In this document: piece by piece, positions 18,930 to 29,700 of the stretch
Position numbering within the stretch: position 1 is the stretch's first letter
Layout of the letters: every line of letters starts with the position of its first letter
Source of the DNA: Promethearchaeota archaeon
GTDB taxonomy: Archaea > Asgardarchaeota > Lokiarchaeia > Sigyniarchaeales > SOKP01
Reading direction: 5' to 3'
Assembly: GCA_048939995.1 (NCBI GenBank)
Contig: JBHLOY010000011.1
Span: 64,001 to 128,000, forward strand
DNA: 64,000 nucleotides
Translations under genes and position numbers: made by a program
The notes under the pieces: generated by a model
What the model was told of the DNA's origin: nothing
What the model saw: only the letters and a program-made list of their open reading frames with translations
The model's database searches: none

Positions 18930-21179
18930 TTAGGCTTGGAATTCCTTTTCTACAACTTTATCAATTTCAGTTAGGAGAGGTTTTAGTTCCTTACTAACAA
19001 GTTTTTGTAGTCTTGCTTTTGAGGGGATTTGTTGTGTTGTTTGAATTAAATTTTGGTAAATATTTTTAGCAATAAATTGTCCTTTCTTACCCAAATCAGA
19101 TAGAATTGTATGATTTTTATTCTTAAAATTAAATTTTCTTATGGGATTTTCAAATGGTAATTTGAATATGTGCCTTGAACTTTTTTTAATTCTGACTTGA
19201 TTGTTAATTAAGGGTGAATTTAGAACTGCTGATAAATAATATGCTTCATCAATAGTACTTGGATTATAAAAAGTCAAATCTCCGGTGATTAAATAATCTC
19301 CTTCGATAACTGCTGAGCTTAGAACGGATCCCGAGTTATTGTAAACAACTTTTATTTTAGCTTGCTGTCGACTGTTAATCAACTTTGACCAACGATTCAA
19401 ATTGTCCATCAGTGACTTGTTTTTAGTACTTACTTTTTTATGTTTTAAATATATTTGATTAATTTTATCATAGAAATTTTTAGCATTTTCACTTAATTCA
19501 TCATATGTAAAGCTAAGATCTTTCTTTGAAAGCGGTAGAAAAACTCGATAGGAATCAAATATTAAAAATTTTATCAGTTCTGTACTTTTAATAACATTAA
19601 AAATATAATTCTTCTCAACCTTCTCATCCTCAAATTCAACAATATTCCAAGGTGGTTTAGCTCTTTCAAAAATCTTTGGTTCAGGATTAATTTTAACTAG
19701 TGAATCATTATAGTTTATACACCTAATAAAGATTAAATTTCTGGGATTTAAATCCGCTCCTTTATGAAATAATTTCTTATAGATACTAGGCTTAATAGGA
19801 AGTAGTTTTTGAAATTCTTCTTTATTTACTAATTTTTGAACATAAGCTTTATCTCCTTTTCTTTCAACATGATATGGAATGAAGATTTCCTCTCTATTCA
19901 AAATAAGCTCAATATTGTCAAAATAATTGATTTTATTGTTATTTTTTACACTAAGATAATAAACGGGAATTTCAAGTTCTTTATTAACTACTTCAGAATT
20001 AGAATATTCCGCGTATAAGCAGATGAAATCAATATTGAACACTTTTTCTATTTTTGGGTCAAATTTCCAAATTTTTATATTCTTAAATCCACAAAAGTTT
20101 CGAAAACGAGATGCATGGGATCCAGTAATAATTCCTTTGGTCATAACAAAAAAGATTTTAGAATTTTTCTTCAAATATTCCTTAGCTTTGTAGAAAAACA
20201 AAGTTGAAATTTCAATATTTAAAACATTTTTTGGGGACGGCTTAATTTTTAATTCCTCTGCTAAAAATTTTATTTTATTCTGGTATTCAATTGAATTTAT
20301 ATCTCTTAACGTATACCAAGGGGGATTTCCAATAATCAAATTAAACTTTTTATCATGATCAATCTCTCCTAGGAATAATGAATCCTTTACAAAGAAGTTT
20401 AATTCAATTTTTGATACATTTTCTCCCAATAACAAGAGAAAATTAACCTTTGCTATAAATATAGAAATCGGGTTAATATCATACCCGTACAACCTACTTA
20501 TTGCTAAAAATTTTTCACTTTCTGGTTTATTAGCATGAAGGATGGTTTTCACGATTTCAATTAGAAAGTTAGCAGAACCGCAGCTAAGATCAAGTACCAT
20601 TTCTCCAAATCTGTAAGTAGTTTCAACCATTTTGTTTGTTAAAAACCTTGGAGTGTAGAATTCTCCGGATTTATGTCTAATTACATTTGATAGAAAGGTT
20701 TGGATAAGAAAATCAAAGAAGTATTCATTAGGAATTTTTAATGAAAATAAATCCTTTTCAATATAACTTAAGAGTTCCTTGTAATCATTTTGACTTGACT
20801 CCTCAAAAATCTGAAAAAAAGGATCAAAATAATTCTCTTGAAGAAAAAGAGCTCTATGATACTCAATTCGAATCTTTTCTCTTTTCTTATCAAACTTTTC
20901 CAATGAAAAAATCTTGAAATGAGTTGAAATTTTAATATTTAATACAATTTTAAAAATAAAAAGGTATCCAATGAAATAGATGAGACCAAATAAAATATAT
21001 AAATGTAGATTTGCAAGTTTAGTTCCATAAATTTGGGCAAAACAATTAAACCAATGATTGTATTCACTTGTATTTCTAATATTTTTTGATTCTAATAATT
21101 CTTCTAACTTTTTAACTAATTTTTCGATCACTTTGAGATGAGCTACTTTATTTTGTTCAAATGCTAAAATATCAACCAT
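18930..21179 (-). CDS. N6-adenine DNA methyltransferase with C-terminal target-recognition-like region
   Basis: GEFYTP, DLSCGSANF, GYDINP and IIGNPPW motifs. Confidence 0.8.
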   Translation of the reverse strand: MVDILAFEQNKVAHLKVIEKLVKKLEELLESKNIRNTSEYNHWFNCFAQIYGTKLANLHLYILFGLIYFIGYLFIFKIVLNIKISTHFKIFSLEKFDKKREKIRIEYHRALFLQENYFDPFFQIFEESSQNDYKELLSYIEKDLFSLKIPNEYFFDFLIQTFLSNVIRHKSGEFYTPRFLTNKMVETTYRFGEMVLDLSCGSANFLIEIVKTILHANKPESEKFLAISRLYGYDINPISIFIAKVNFLLLLGENVSKIELNFFVKDSLFLGEIDHDKKFNLIIGNPPWYTLRDINSIEYQNKIKFLAEELKIKPSPKNVLNIEISTLFFYKAKEYLKKNSKIFFVMTKGIITGSHASRFRNFCGFKNIKIWKFDPKIEKVFNIDFICLYAEYSNSEVVNKELEIPVYYLSVKNNNKINYFDNIELILNREEIFIPYHVERKGDKAYVQKLVNKEEFQKLLPIKPSIYKKLFHKGADLNPRNLIFIRCINYNDSLVKINPEPKIFERAKPPWNIVEFEDEKVEKNYIFNVIKSTELIKFLIFDSYRVFLPLSKKDLSFTYDELSENAKNFYDKINQIYLKHKKVSTKNKSLMDNLNRWSKLINSRQQAKIKVVYNNSGSVLSSAVIEGDYLITGDLTFYNPSTIDEAYYLSAVLNSPLINNQVRIKKSSRHIFKLPFENPIRKFNFKNKNHTILSDLGKKGQFIAKNIYQNLIQTTQQIPSKARLQKLVSKELKPLLTEIDKVVEKEFQA

Positions 21180-21291
21180 TTGTTTACTTCACTATTGTGT
21201 GAATTACCAATGATTTAATATTTAATTTTAAATTTATTTTTCTATATTTATGTATTAATTAGAATTAATTTTAATATGAAATAAACTTCTT

Positions 21292-21894
21292 TTGACATCT
21301 AAAGGGATTAAAGTTTCTAAATTCTTGGAAAAAGGAATTGAATTTTCATGCCAAATGTGTGGAGATTGTTGTAGAGGACTAAAAGAGGGTGAAGTTTACC
21401 TTTTTAAAGATGACATACGACGATTAGCACATCACTTAAATTTAAAGGGAGAAAAAGGATATAGAGAATTCGTGAAGCGGTATCTTAAAGTGATTGAAGA
21501 TTCCTTTTTTTGGAAGGCTGAGAATCAAACGAGAGGAAAAAACTACAAATTTAAAACTTTAGCGTTTAGATTTACAGGAAATGATGAGCATTGCCATTTT
21601 TTAATAGATAATATTTGTACTGTTCATGATGCACGTCCGTTTCAATGTAGATGCTTCCCCTTTTGGAAGATGATGGTTACAAACAAAAAAAATCTGATTA
21701 ATTACTCAAAAAAGTGTAAGGGGCTACAAATCTTAAAAGGACGTTATTATTCTAAAGAAGAGATTTTACAATGGGCGAGAAAAGAATATAAAATCGAGAA
21801 AGAATATTTCCTGGAGATGAAGCAGCATAATTTTGATATTTTAAAGGTTTATCCCTTTCTCACGAAAGAAATAATAGAAGAATTAGAGCAATGA
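21292..21894 (+). CDS. YkgJ-family CxxCxxCC Fe-S/Zn cluster protein
   Basis: CQMCGDCC and CHFL...CTVHDARPFQCRCFPFW motifs. Confidence 0.88.
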   Translation: MTSKGIKVSKFLEKGIEFSCQMCGDCCRGLKEGEVYLFKDDIRRLAHHLNLKGEKGYREFVKRYLKVIEDSFFWKAENQTRGKNYKFKTLAFRFTGNDEHCHFLIDNICTVHDARPFQCRCFPFWKMMVTNKKNLINYSKKCKGLQILKGRYYSKEEILQWARKEYKIEKEYFLEMKQHNFDILKVYPFLTKEIIEELEQ

Positions 21895-22059
21895 ACAAAT
21901 TGCTATTTACTATTAATAAGTAATAAGCAAGAAACTAGATTTCTTTATATTTAGGAAAAGTTAAAATTAATTTATTTACCTTATTAGCATTAATTAAGAA
22001 ACTTAATTTGTTATATATCATTAGGTTGCGTAAATTCAATCATATTAGGTGGTTTTAAA

Positions 22060-24459
22060 CTGAAAATTGGATTATTTATCTGTGATTGTGGCAAAAATAT
22101 TAGCGGAGTAATTAATAATAAAGAGCTTATAGATTATTTCTCTAAATATGCTAATTTACATGTTATTGGAGATCAATATCTATGTTCTGAGACCGGATTA
22201 AATAAAATCATTGAGGAAATAAAAGATAATAAGGTGGATCGTGTAGTGGTTGCGGCATGTTCTTTTAAATTACATGGGTTGTTATTTCGAAAGACTATTG
22301 AAAAAGCTGGTATAAATAGATTTCTGATATCATTTGCCAATATCCGTGAACAAAATTCTTGGGTACATAGTGACGAACCAGAGAGAGCAACAAAAAAAGC
22401 TATAGATCAAATAAGTATGGCAATTGAACAAGTAAAGCTTCTAGAACCACTAGAAGTCCAGTTTTCAGAAGTTTATCCCTCCGCTTTAATTATTGGGGGG
22501 GGTATTGCTGGTATTAAAGCCGCATTAGTTATAGCTGACGCAGGGTATAAAGTATATCTAGTTGAGAAAGATTTGACTATAGGTGGCCATATGGCGTTAT
22601 TTGATAAGACATTTCCAACTCTTGATTGTTCAATTTGCATTCTTGGACCTTTAATGAGTGAAGTAAAAGATCACCCTAACATTACTCTATATAGTTATTC
22701 TGAAATCCAAAAAGTAGAAGGATATGTAGGGAATTTTGATGTAACAATTATAAAAAAGCCTCGGTTTATAGTTGAGGAAAATTGTGTGGGATGTTTCGAT
22801 ATATGTAGAGAAGTTTGTCCTATTGATGTAAAAGATACTTTTTTCCCTCGGAAAGCGATTGATGTTCCATATCCTCAAGCTATTCCTCTCTTTCCAAACA
22901 TTTTAGAAGAATATTGTGTTGGTTGCAAGGCATGTGCTCAAGCGTGTGATCGAGATGCTATTGATTTTGAACAAAATGAAGAAGAAATTAGATTTAAAGT
23001 AGGTTCTATAATTGTAGCGACAGGTTTTAAAACTTTTGATCCTAGCATTCTTGGAGAACTTAATTATGAGAAATACCCTGATATAATTACAACCTTACAA
23101 ATGGAGCGTATGTTAAATAATGATGGTCCTACACGAGGGAGAATCGTGAGACCTTCAAGTGGAAAGCCTCCAAGAAAGGTTTCTTTTGTATTATGTGTTG
23201 GATCCAGAAATCAAGTAATTCATCATGATTATTGTAGTCAAGTATGTTGTAATGTTGCCATTAAAGAAGCGATCTTGATAAAAAAAGAATTTCCTGATGT
23301 AAAAGTTACTATTTATTATAATGATATAAGAGCCATTGGAAAGAATTGCGAAGAATTCTATAACAGGGCTCGGGAAGATTTTAAGATTAGATTTATTAAA
23401 AGTAATATCTCTGCTATATTAAAAAGCGATATCTCTACTGATAATGAGTTAATTATACGTGGGGAAGATGTAACTGAAGGAAAATTATTTGAAAATCAAA
23501 CAGATTTAGTCATTCTAGCGGTTGGAATGGAACCCGCGGTAGATACAGATAATTTAAGTAAAATTTTAAATATTTCCCAAGATACGTATGGATTTTTACT
23601 TGAGAAGCACCTAAAAATAAGACCTTCTGAGAGTTCTATCAATGGGATTTTCCTAGCAGGAGCAATACAAAGCCCAAAAGATATTCCTAATAGTATAGCT
23701 CAAGCAGAAAGCGCTGCTTCAAAAACAATAGCTTTAATTTCTAAAGGAAATGTGGAACTAGATCCACATATAGTCTATTTCAATGCAAAAGATTGTGATC
23801 TCTGTAGATTATGTGAGCAGATTTGTATTTATAATGCCATAAAAATAGAAGGGAATGAATTAAAGCTTATACAAGCGAATTGTTCTGGTTGTGGTGCATG
23901 TGCGGCAATGTGTCATAATGGTGCTCTTTATATCCCAGGCTTTAAAAAGAACCAGATTTCCACTCAAATAAGAACAGTATTAAGTAGAGAAAAGGCCGAA
24001 TACCCTTTAATTATAGCTTTCTTATGCGACTGGTGTGCTTATATGGGGGCAGATCTAGCAGGTACGAGTAAAATTAACTATCCATCGAATATAAGAGTCA
24101 TCCATGTTATGTGCACTGCCATGTTAGATCCAGCTTTAGTTTTTGAAAGCTTCTTCTTAGGTGCAGATGGTGTCTTAATTGCAGGGTGTCATAAACAAGA
24201 CTGTCATTATGAAACGGGGTTTATCAAAGCAACAACGCGTTATAGTAGCATTAAAGAGATGTTAGGAGAAACTGGTATTAATGAAAATCGCTTAAGAATT
24301 ATTAGTATTTCCGCCGGTGAAGGTGAAAAATTTGCAAAAAATATTATAGATTTTAAGAGAGAATTGGACAAGTTAGGTCCAATAAAGCCTGGAGAATTCA
24401 TTAAACCTACTGTAAAGAAGGATATTGCTAAAGAAAAAGCAAAATTAGATGAATTATAA
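22060..24459 (+). CDS. hdrA: Heterodisulfide reductase subunit A-like flavoprotein fused to MvhD
   Basis: Upstream in-frame KIGLFICDCGKNI (HdrA N-terminus) from CTG 22060 after AGGTGG; GGGIAG, KTFPTLDCSICIL and ferredoxin motifs; C-terminal FLCDWCAYMGADLAG...GADGVLIAGCH (MvhD). Confidence 0.88.
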   Translation: MKIGLFICDCGKNISGVINNKELIDYFSKYANLHVIGDQYLCSETGLNKIIEEIKDNKVDRVVVAACSFKLHGLLFRKTIEKAGINRFLISFANIREQNSWVHSDEPERATKKAIDQISMAIEQVKLLEPLEVQFSEVYPSALIIGGGIAGIKAALVIADAGYKVYLVEKDLTIGGHMALFDKTFPTLDCSICILGPLMSEVKDHPNITLYSYSEIQKVEGYVGNFDVTIIKKPRFIVEENCVGCFDICREVCPIDVKDTFFPRKAIDVPYPQAIPLFPNILEEYCVGCKACAQACDRDAIDFEQNEEEIRFKVGSIIVATGFKTFDPSILGELNYEKYPDIITTLQMERMLNNDGPTRGRIVRPSSGKPPRKVSFVLCVGSRNQVIHHDYCSQVCCNVAIKEAILIKKEFPDVKVTIYYNDIRAIGKNCEEFYNRAREDFKIRFIKSNISAILKSDISTDNELIIRGEDVTEGKLFENQTDLVILAVGMEPAVDTDNLSKILNISQDTYGFLLEKHLKIRPSESSINGIFLAGAIQSPKDIPNSIAQAESAASKTIALISKGNVELDPHIVYFNAKDCDLCRLCEQICIYNAIKIEGNELKLIQANCSGCGACAAMCHNGALYIPGFKKNQISTQIRTVLSREKAEYPLIIAFLCDWCAYMGADLAGTSKINYPSNIRVIHVMCTAMLDPALVFESFFLGADGVLIAGCHKQDCHYETGFIKATTRYSSIKEMLGETGINENRLRIISISAGEGEKFAKNIIDFKRELDKLGPIKPGEFIKPTVKKDIAKEKAKLDEL

Positions 24460-24521
24460 TATATCTTATTAATGAGCGTTCTTTATAAATACATCAGTTA
24501 AAAATAAAAAACTAGAATCTC

Positions 24522-25805
24522 ATGAGAATTCGAGCAATTACAATTGGACAAAAATTACCTTTTTTAGTAGAAGATAAAGATTTACAAACCACATTAGATG
24601 GAAAACTTGAGATGTTTTATTCCCTAAATAAAGATTTGACAAGAAGATTTAAGGATATCAATATTGAAGTTCAAACTAAACGTTTATGTTCTCAACCAAT
24701 GTTAACATATGAACAACAGGTCTATGAAAAGAATTTAAATGAGACTCTTGCAAGATTACATAATCAACTTGAAATTATTGAGCGATTAATAAAAGAGTAT
24801 GAAATAGATTATTTTGCTGCTTGTACGGTCCTTGCAGATATTCAAATTGAAAAATATGGAATATATGAAAAACTCTTTCTAAATGAAGTTCCACAATTCA
24901 TTACTCGAAGAGAAAACTTTTTTACTTCTCTCCACGTGGCTTCAACTGATCATGGTTTAAATCTATCCGCTCTCAGATCCGCAGCAAGAATTATAAAAAC
25001 TCTCTCAGAACCAGATCCTTTTAATAACTTAAAATTTTGTGTTAGTTCCAATGTAACCCCTGATACACCATTCTTTCCAGCCGCATATCATTTAGCTGAA
25101 CGCCCTTCATTTGGACTTGCTTTAGAAATGGCAGATGAAGTCATTAAAGTCTTTGAAAGTTCTAAAACTCTGGAGGACGCTCAAAGGAATCTAAAAAGTA
25201 GGTTTAATGAAATCTACGATGATTTGGTAATAATTTGTGAGCAAGTTGCCAAAAGCCATAATATTGAATTTCATGGAATAGATTTTTCGCCAGCTCCTTA
25301 TCCTACTGTTGAAAAAAGCATTGGAACTGCCTTTGAAAAATTAGGTTATGAATATTTTGGAGCTCATGGTTCATTAATAGGAGTTGCATTAATTAAAAAT
25401 GCAATACCACGGAGAGAAAAAGTAATTGGATTTTCAGGATTCATGCCATCGGTGTTAGAAGACTTTATAATTTCTAAAAGCATTTCTGAGAATAAACTAA
25501 ATTTGGATACCCTCTTGTTATACTCTACTATATGTGGAACAGGACTTGATTGTGTCCCTTTACCAGGAGATATTTCCCTGAAAGAATTATTTTATATTCT
25601 GTTGGATATGTGTACAATTTCAATTAAGTTTGATAAACCATTGACCGCAAGATTAATTCCGATCCCTGGCAGAGGAAGTGGAGATTCAGTAGATTTTGAT
25701 TTTGAGTATTTTGCTTCATCAAAAGTTATGGATGTTAGAAGATTAATAGAGTCAAAAAAAGATGATCTTTTTTCACGAAAAGAAAAAAGTTTTCGGTTTA
25801 TTTGA
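24522..25805 (+). CDS. DUF711-family protein
   Basis: MRIRAIT, PFFPAAYH, GFSGFMPSVLED and CGTGLDCVPLPGD motifs. Confidence 0.8.
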   Translation: MRIRAITIGQKLPFLVEDKDLQTTLDGKLEMFYSLNKDLTRRFKDINIEVQTKRLCSQPMLTYEQQVYEKNLNETLARLHNQLEIIERLIKEYEIDYFAACTVLADIQIEKYGIYEKLFLNEVPQFITRRENFFTSLHVASTDHGLNLSALRSAARIIKTLSEPDPFNNLKFCVSSNVTPDTPFFPAAYHLAERPSFGLALEMADEVIKVFESSKTLEDAQRNLKSRFNEIYDDLVIICEQVAKSHNIEFHGIDFSPAPYPTVEKSIGTAFEKLGYEYFGAHGSLIGVALIKNAIPRREKVIGFSGFMPSVLEDFIISKSISENKLNLDTLLLYSTICGTGLDCVPLPGDISLKELFYILLDMCTISIKFDKPLTARLIPIPGRGSGDSVDFDFEYFASSKVMDVRRLIESKKDDLFSRKEKSFRFI

Positions 25806-25900
25806 ATTTTAGATTGATTTATGCAATAATAAGTTTTAAAACGAAACTATACTAGATTTCATAAGAAAAAATTTTTTTTAGGATAATATTACCCCAAAGA

Positions 25901-26341
25901 ATGACTGAAGAAAAAATAACTAAGAAGGAGAAACCAAGCCAACTTTTTAATGAGGCTTTTGAATATTTTGAAGGAGATTTTGAAAATAATGAATCCGATT
26001 CTCCCCAATCTACGAATATTTTGCGGGATGAAATGCTCGAGGGATTAAACCAGTTAAAAGAAGTTATAATTAATAATCCAGACTCAAAATTTCAATCTTT
26101 AAATGAATGGGAAAAAGCACAATTTTTTAATTTTATTGAATACTACTCCAGTTGCCCCATATGTCGAAAATCTAATCACCATTCTAACCTAAAGAAAATT
26201 TACTTCAATGAGAAATTAGAGTCAATTAAACGAATTCTTATTCGAATCATGAATATTGATGTTTCTAAAGGAACTGATTTTGATTTAAATTTTGGTATTC
26301 CTTGTTGTAAATGCTATAAGAAATACTTTAATGAGATATAA
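25901..26341 (+). CDS. Hypothetical protein with CxxC...CCxC putative Zn site
   Basis: CPICR and PCCKC motifs. Confidence 0.65.
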   Translation: MTEEKITKKEKPSQLFNEAFEYFEGDFENNESDSPQSTNILRDEMLEGLNQLKEVIINNPDSKFQSLNEWEKAQFFNFIEYYSSCPICRKSNHHSNLKKIYFNEKLESIKRILIRIMNIDVSKGTDFDLNFGIPCCKCYKKYFNEI

Positions 26342-26345
26342 TTAC

Positions 26346-26672
26346 TTAACGTAGATATTCCACAACTTTTCCAGATTGGGTTATAATGTATTTTACCTCA
26401 CCATCTACTAATCCTTTTTCAATACATAATGCTTTAAGGAGAAAATCAATATGATAATCTAGAATAGAATAATCAGTTAATAAGTTCTTTTTAGATAAGA
26501 TATCAAATAAGTTATTTCTCGAAATACTTTTTGCTTTATTTACAATATTTAGAATTTCTTTCCTAATAGGATGATTTACTGCCTTTAAATAAAGAGCATG
26601 ATATTCTCGACTTCCATCAAGAGTTTCAGATGCCTCCTCTACGGTTTCATAATCCCTCAACTTCTTTGGCAT
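26346..26672 (-). CDS. ArsR-like winged-helix protein
   Basis: KAVNHPIRKEIL...YHIDFL...YIITQSG pattern. Confidence 0.7.
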   Translation of the reverse strand: MPKKLRDYETVEEASETLDGSREYHALYLKAVNHPIRKEILNIVNKAKSISRNNLFDILSKKNLLTDYSILDYHIDFLLKALCIEKGLVDGEVKYIITQSGKVVEYLR

Positions 26673-26762
26673 ATATAATAAAAAATATCAATTAAGAAAA
26701 ACTTTTACTCTTTAATCCACTTAAAAAATGAATTAAAAAAACTTGAAATAGATGATCTAGAT

Positions 26763-27824
26763 ATGAATTTTAATGAAATTAAATCAATTCTCGGAACAGA
26801 AACAGAAGACTTATTAAACTATGCTTGTACAGGAATTCCAAAGAATATGATTCACCTCCCAGGTCCTGATTTTATTGAAAGAATCTGGGAAAAATCTGAC
26901 CGTAATAATTTAGTTTTGGGAAATATGGAGCGTTTATTTAACCAATGTGGAAGATTAGCAGGTACAGGTTATCTATCCATTTTACCGGTTGATCAAGGAA
27001 TTGAGCATAGCGCTTCAGCAAGTTTCGCAGTCAACCCCTCATATTTTGATCCCGAGAATATTATAAAACTAGCCATTAGCGGAGGGTGTAATGCTATTGT
27101 TTCTACTCTTGGTGTTCTAGGAATAATGAGTCGAAGATACGCAAGAAAAATCCCAAATATTGTAAAAATTAATCATAATGAACTTTTGACCAAACCAGAA
27201 CTTTCTGATCAAACTCTCTTCGCAAATGTAGATCAAGCGTGGAGTTTTGGAGCGATTGGTGTAGGAGCAACAGTTTATTTCGGATCCACAGAATCTCGAA
27301 GACAAATTCAGGAAGTTAGCGAAGCATTTAGATACGCTCATGAACTTGGATTAGTCTGTATTTTATGGTGTTATTTAAGAAATAAAGATGAATTTATTAA
27401 AGATGGGAAAGATTATCACACAGCGAATGATTTAGAAGCTCAAGCGAATCATATTGGAGTTACTATTGAAGCTGATATAATAAAGCAGAAAATTTCTACA
27501 TTAAGTAGAGGTTTTATTGATCTCAAATTTGGAAAAACAGATAAACTTGTTTATGAAAAATTAGCAAAAGATCACCCATTGGAGTGGAATCGATACCAAA
27601 TTGCTAATTGTTATATGGGTCGTGTAGGTCTAATCAACTCTGGTGGGGAATCAGGGGGCAATGATCTGCAAGATGCAGTAAAAGCTGCTGTGATAAATAA
27701 GCGTTCAGGTGGTATGGGGCTCATTCTGGGAAGAAAAGCGTTTAAAAAGCCTACTCCTGAGGGTATTAAAATTCTTAATGCTGTACAAGACGTGTATTTA
27801 TGCCAGGAAGTTACAATTTCATAA
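26763..27824 (+). CDS. fbaB: Class I fructose-bisphosphate aldolase (FbaB/DhnA, long bacterial type)
   Basis: [24 protein letters not shown] (Schiff-base Lys) and [17 protein letters not shown] motifs. Confidence 0.92.
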   Translation: MNFNEIKSILGTETEDLLNYACTGIPKNMIHLPGPDFIERIWEKSDRNNLVLGNMERLFNQCGRLAGTGYLSILPVDQGIEHSASASFAVNPSYFDPENIIKLAISGGCNAIVSTLGVLGIMSRRYARKIPNIVKINHNELLTKPELSDQTLFANVDQAWSFGAIGVGATVYFGSTESRRQIQEVSEAFRYAHELGLVCILWCYLRNKDEFIKDGKDYHTANDLEAQANHIGVTIEADIIKQKISTLSRGFIDLKFGKTDKLVYEKLAKDHPLEWNRYQIANCYMGRVGLINSGGESGGNDLQDAVKAAVINKRSGGMGLILGRKAFKKPTPEGIKILNAVQDVYLCQEVTIS

Positions 27825-27980
27825 TTAAATTTTTTTCAACTCTTATTTCTCTTTTTATAATCTCTGTCAGTCAATTTTGAAATAAATATTGGACTACAAT
27901 AACTTAAATAAATGTAATTTTCATATAGATCATAAGCTAAAAGAAGATAAAAAAAGTAACTAATATAAGAGAGAAAAAAA

Positions 27981-28637
27981 ATGGGTAAAGAATATTATCG
28001 ACCTTCAGGAGATAATCCTTATAAGGTAAGAAATGTGCCCTCAAATGTGCAAAATCAAACCCCACCAAAAGATTCTCCTATAAACTTTAAAACCGATCGT
28101 ATTTGTCCTGCCTGCGGAAAAATTATTAAAATTAGCCATAATTTTTGTAAGTTCTGTGGAATTGACTTGAGTACTATTATCCCATTAGGAGATTCAGACA
28201 GAACATTAATTGAGTTAGCCAAAACAGCACTAACAGATCAAGATGCTGATGTGAGGAGAGATGCTGTAGATACAATTGGAGACTTAGGAGAACGTGATGT
28301 TCTTGGTATTTTAACCTATATTTTAATGAATGATATTGATGCTTTGGTAAGAAAAGAGGCTGCTGATGAATTAGGAAATAAACATAACCCAATATCCATC
28401 GATATTTTAACTAAAGCTCTTAAAGATAGAAGTCCGATTGTAAGAAAACAAGCAATTGAAGCTTTAAAAAAAATTAAAAAAATGGCTACACCTGAACAAA
28501 AACCAGAAATTATTATTGAAAAACCCACAGAAATTAAGCAAACTGACTCTGAACAAAAAAATCATGAAGAGAAGGACGAATCAGAAGATCCTCTTACAGA
28601 AATTGACCCTGAGGATGACAATTTCTATAAAGTATAA
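27981..28637 (+). CDS. Zinc-ribbon + HEAT-repeat protein
   Basis: CPACG...FCKFCG; three DxxxxVRxxAxxxL repeats; acidic tail. Confidence 0.8.
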   Translation: MGKEYYRPSGDNPYKVRNVPSNVQNQTPPKDSPINFKTDRICPACGKIIKISHNFCKFCGIDLSTIIPLGDSDRTLIELAKTALTDQDADVRRDAVDTIGDLGERDVLGILTYILMNDIDALVRKEAADELGNKHNPISIDILTKALKDRSPIVRKQAIEALKKIKKMATPEQKPEIIIEKPTEIKQTDSEQKNHEEKDESEDPLTEIDPEDDNFYKV

Positions 28638-28648
28638 ATTAATTTAAG

Positions 28649-29554
28649 TCACTTCTTCTTACTTGGAATTTTAGGTAATTCTCTTTTTCCAGACTTAGGT
28701 TTTTCTTCTACGCTTTTTTGTGTTTCTTTTTTTTTTAAAACCTCAATTGCTTCTATTATCCCTTTTTTTTGATCAAAATAGATCCTAAACTGATGGTTAT
28801 CTAGTATCATTACTTCTTTTGGGAGTTTTTTAACTTCTTCCCACGTAATGTCTACCACACTTTTTCCAAACACTTCTACTTCTTTAGAAACAGCTCCATA
28901 AAGAGAATGTCCTAAAATTAAATTTTGTCTCTCATAATTATTTGGAACCTCTAATTCTAAGATCTTCTTTTTTATCTTTTCTCTCTCCTCTTCTGATAAG
29001 TCTGTTTTTTTTTTCACATAAGGTGTTTTTCCAAGTTGAGCATTTGATCTCTTTGCTTGGGGAGTTCCCAAAGCAAATGAAGAGATAACTGTATTATTTG
29101 TTATATCCTCTAAACCAGGAGAATAGTAATTCTCTTTTACATTGCTCCTATCTAGTTTATCAATGCGTTCCAACTGTTGTTTTTCAATATTTCGGACATA
29201 ACGCATATCTGGTAATCGCTCTTTCACTTCCATTGACTCCAACTTAAATGCATTCAGAAATTCTTGCAACTCATCACCTTGATCGATAGAAACAATTTTA
29301 CATCTATGATATCGTGGATCAGTTATAAGTTCTTTTTGTAATTCTTGGGCAACTTTTGAACTAATAAACCTTTTCCTTACAGGAGATTTTGAGCCTTTCC
29401 ATATATAAATTCTTCTTAAATCTTCGCGTATAATAATCAAAACTTGTTCAGGACTTAGATGAGTTTGAAGCTCTTCTTGCTTTATCTTAAGTTTTTTGCG
29501 TTCTCCAGTGTTTTCTAAATCAAATACTATGAATTCATCGTACACTTCTGCCAT
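28649..29554 (-). CDS. Gelsolin-like domain protein (single domain + extension)
   Basis: LSPEQVLIII...RRIYIWKGSKSPVRKRF...SIDQGDE..EFL matches the gelsolin-repeat pattern. Confidence 0.75.
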   Translation of the reverse strand: MAEVYDEFIVFDLENTGERKKLKIKQEELQTHLSPEQVLIIIREDLRRIYIWKGSKSPVRKRFISSKVAQELQKELITDPRYHRCKIVSIDQGDELQEFLNAFKLESMEVKERLPDMRYVRNIEKQQLERIDKLDRSNVKENYYSPGLEDITNNTVISSFALGTPQAKRSNAQLGKTPYVKKKTDLSEEEREKIKKKILELEVPNNYERQNLILGHSLYGAVSKEVEVFGKSVVDITWEEVKKLPKEVMILDNHQFRIYFDQKKGIIEAIEVLKKKETQKSVEEKPKSGKRELPKIPSKKK

Positions 29555-29700
29555 ACGTAATTCCCTATTTTTTAAGTTCCAATAATTATTAAAAAATAAG
29601 TAAATTGTTTAGTTTACCAAAATATAAAATTACTAAAATAAAAATTTATTTAATCAACTAAATGGGTAAAACTATATCTTATATACATTCTGTAAATTGT

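Noticed and set aside
22060-24459. Selenocysteine/SECIS in hdrA-mvhD
   Set aside because: No in-frame TGA; all relevant positions are Cys codons.
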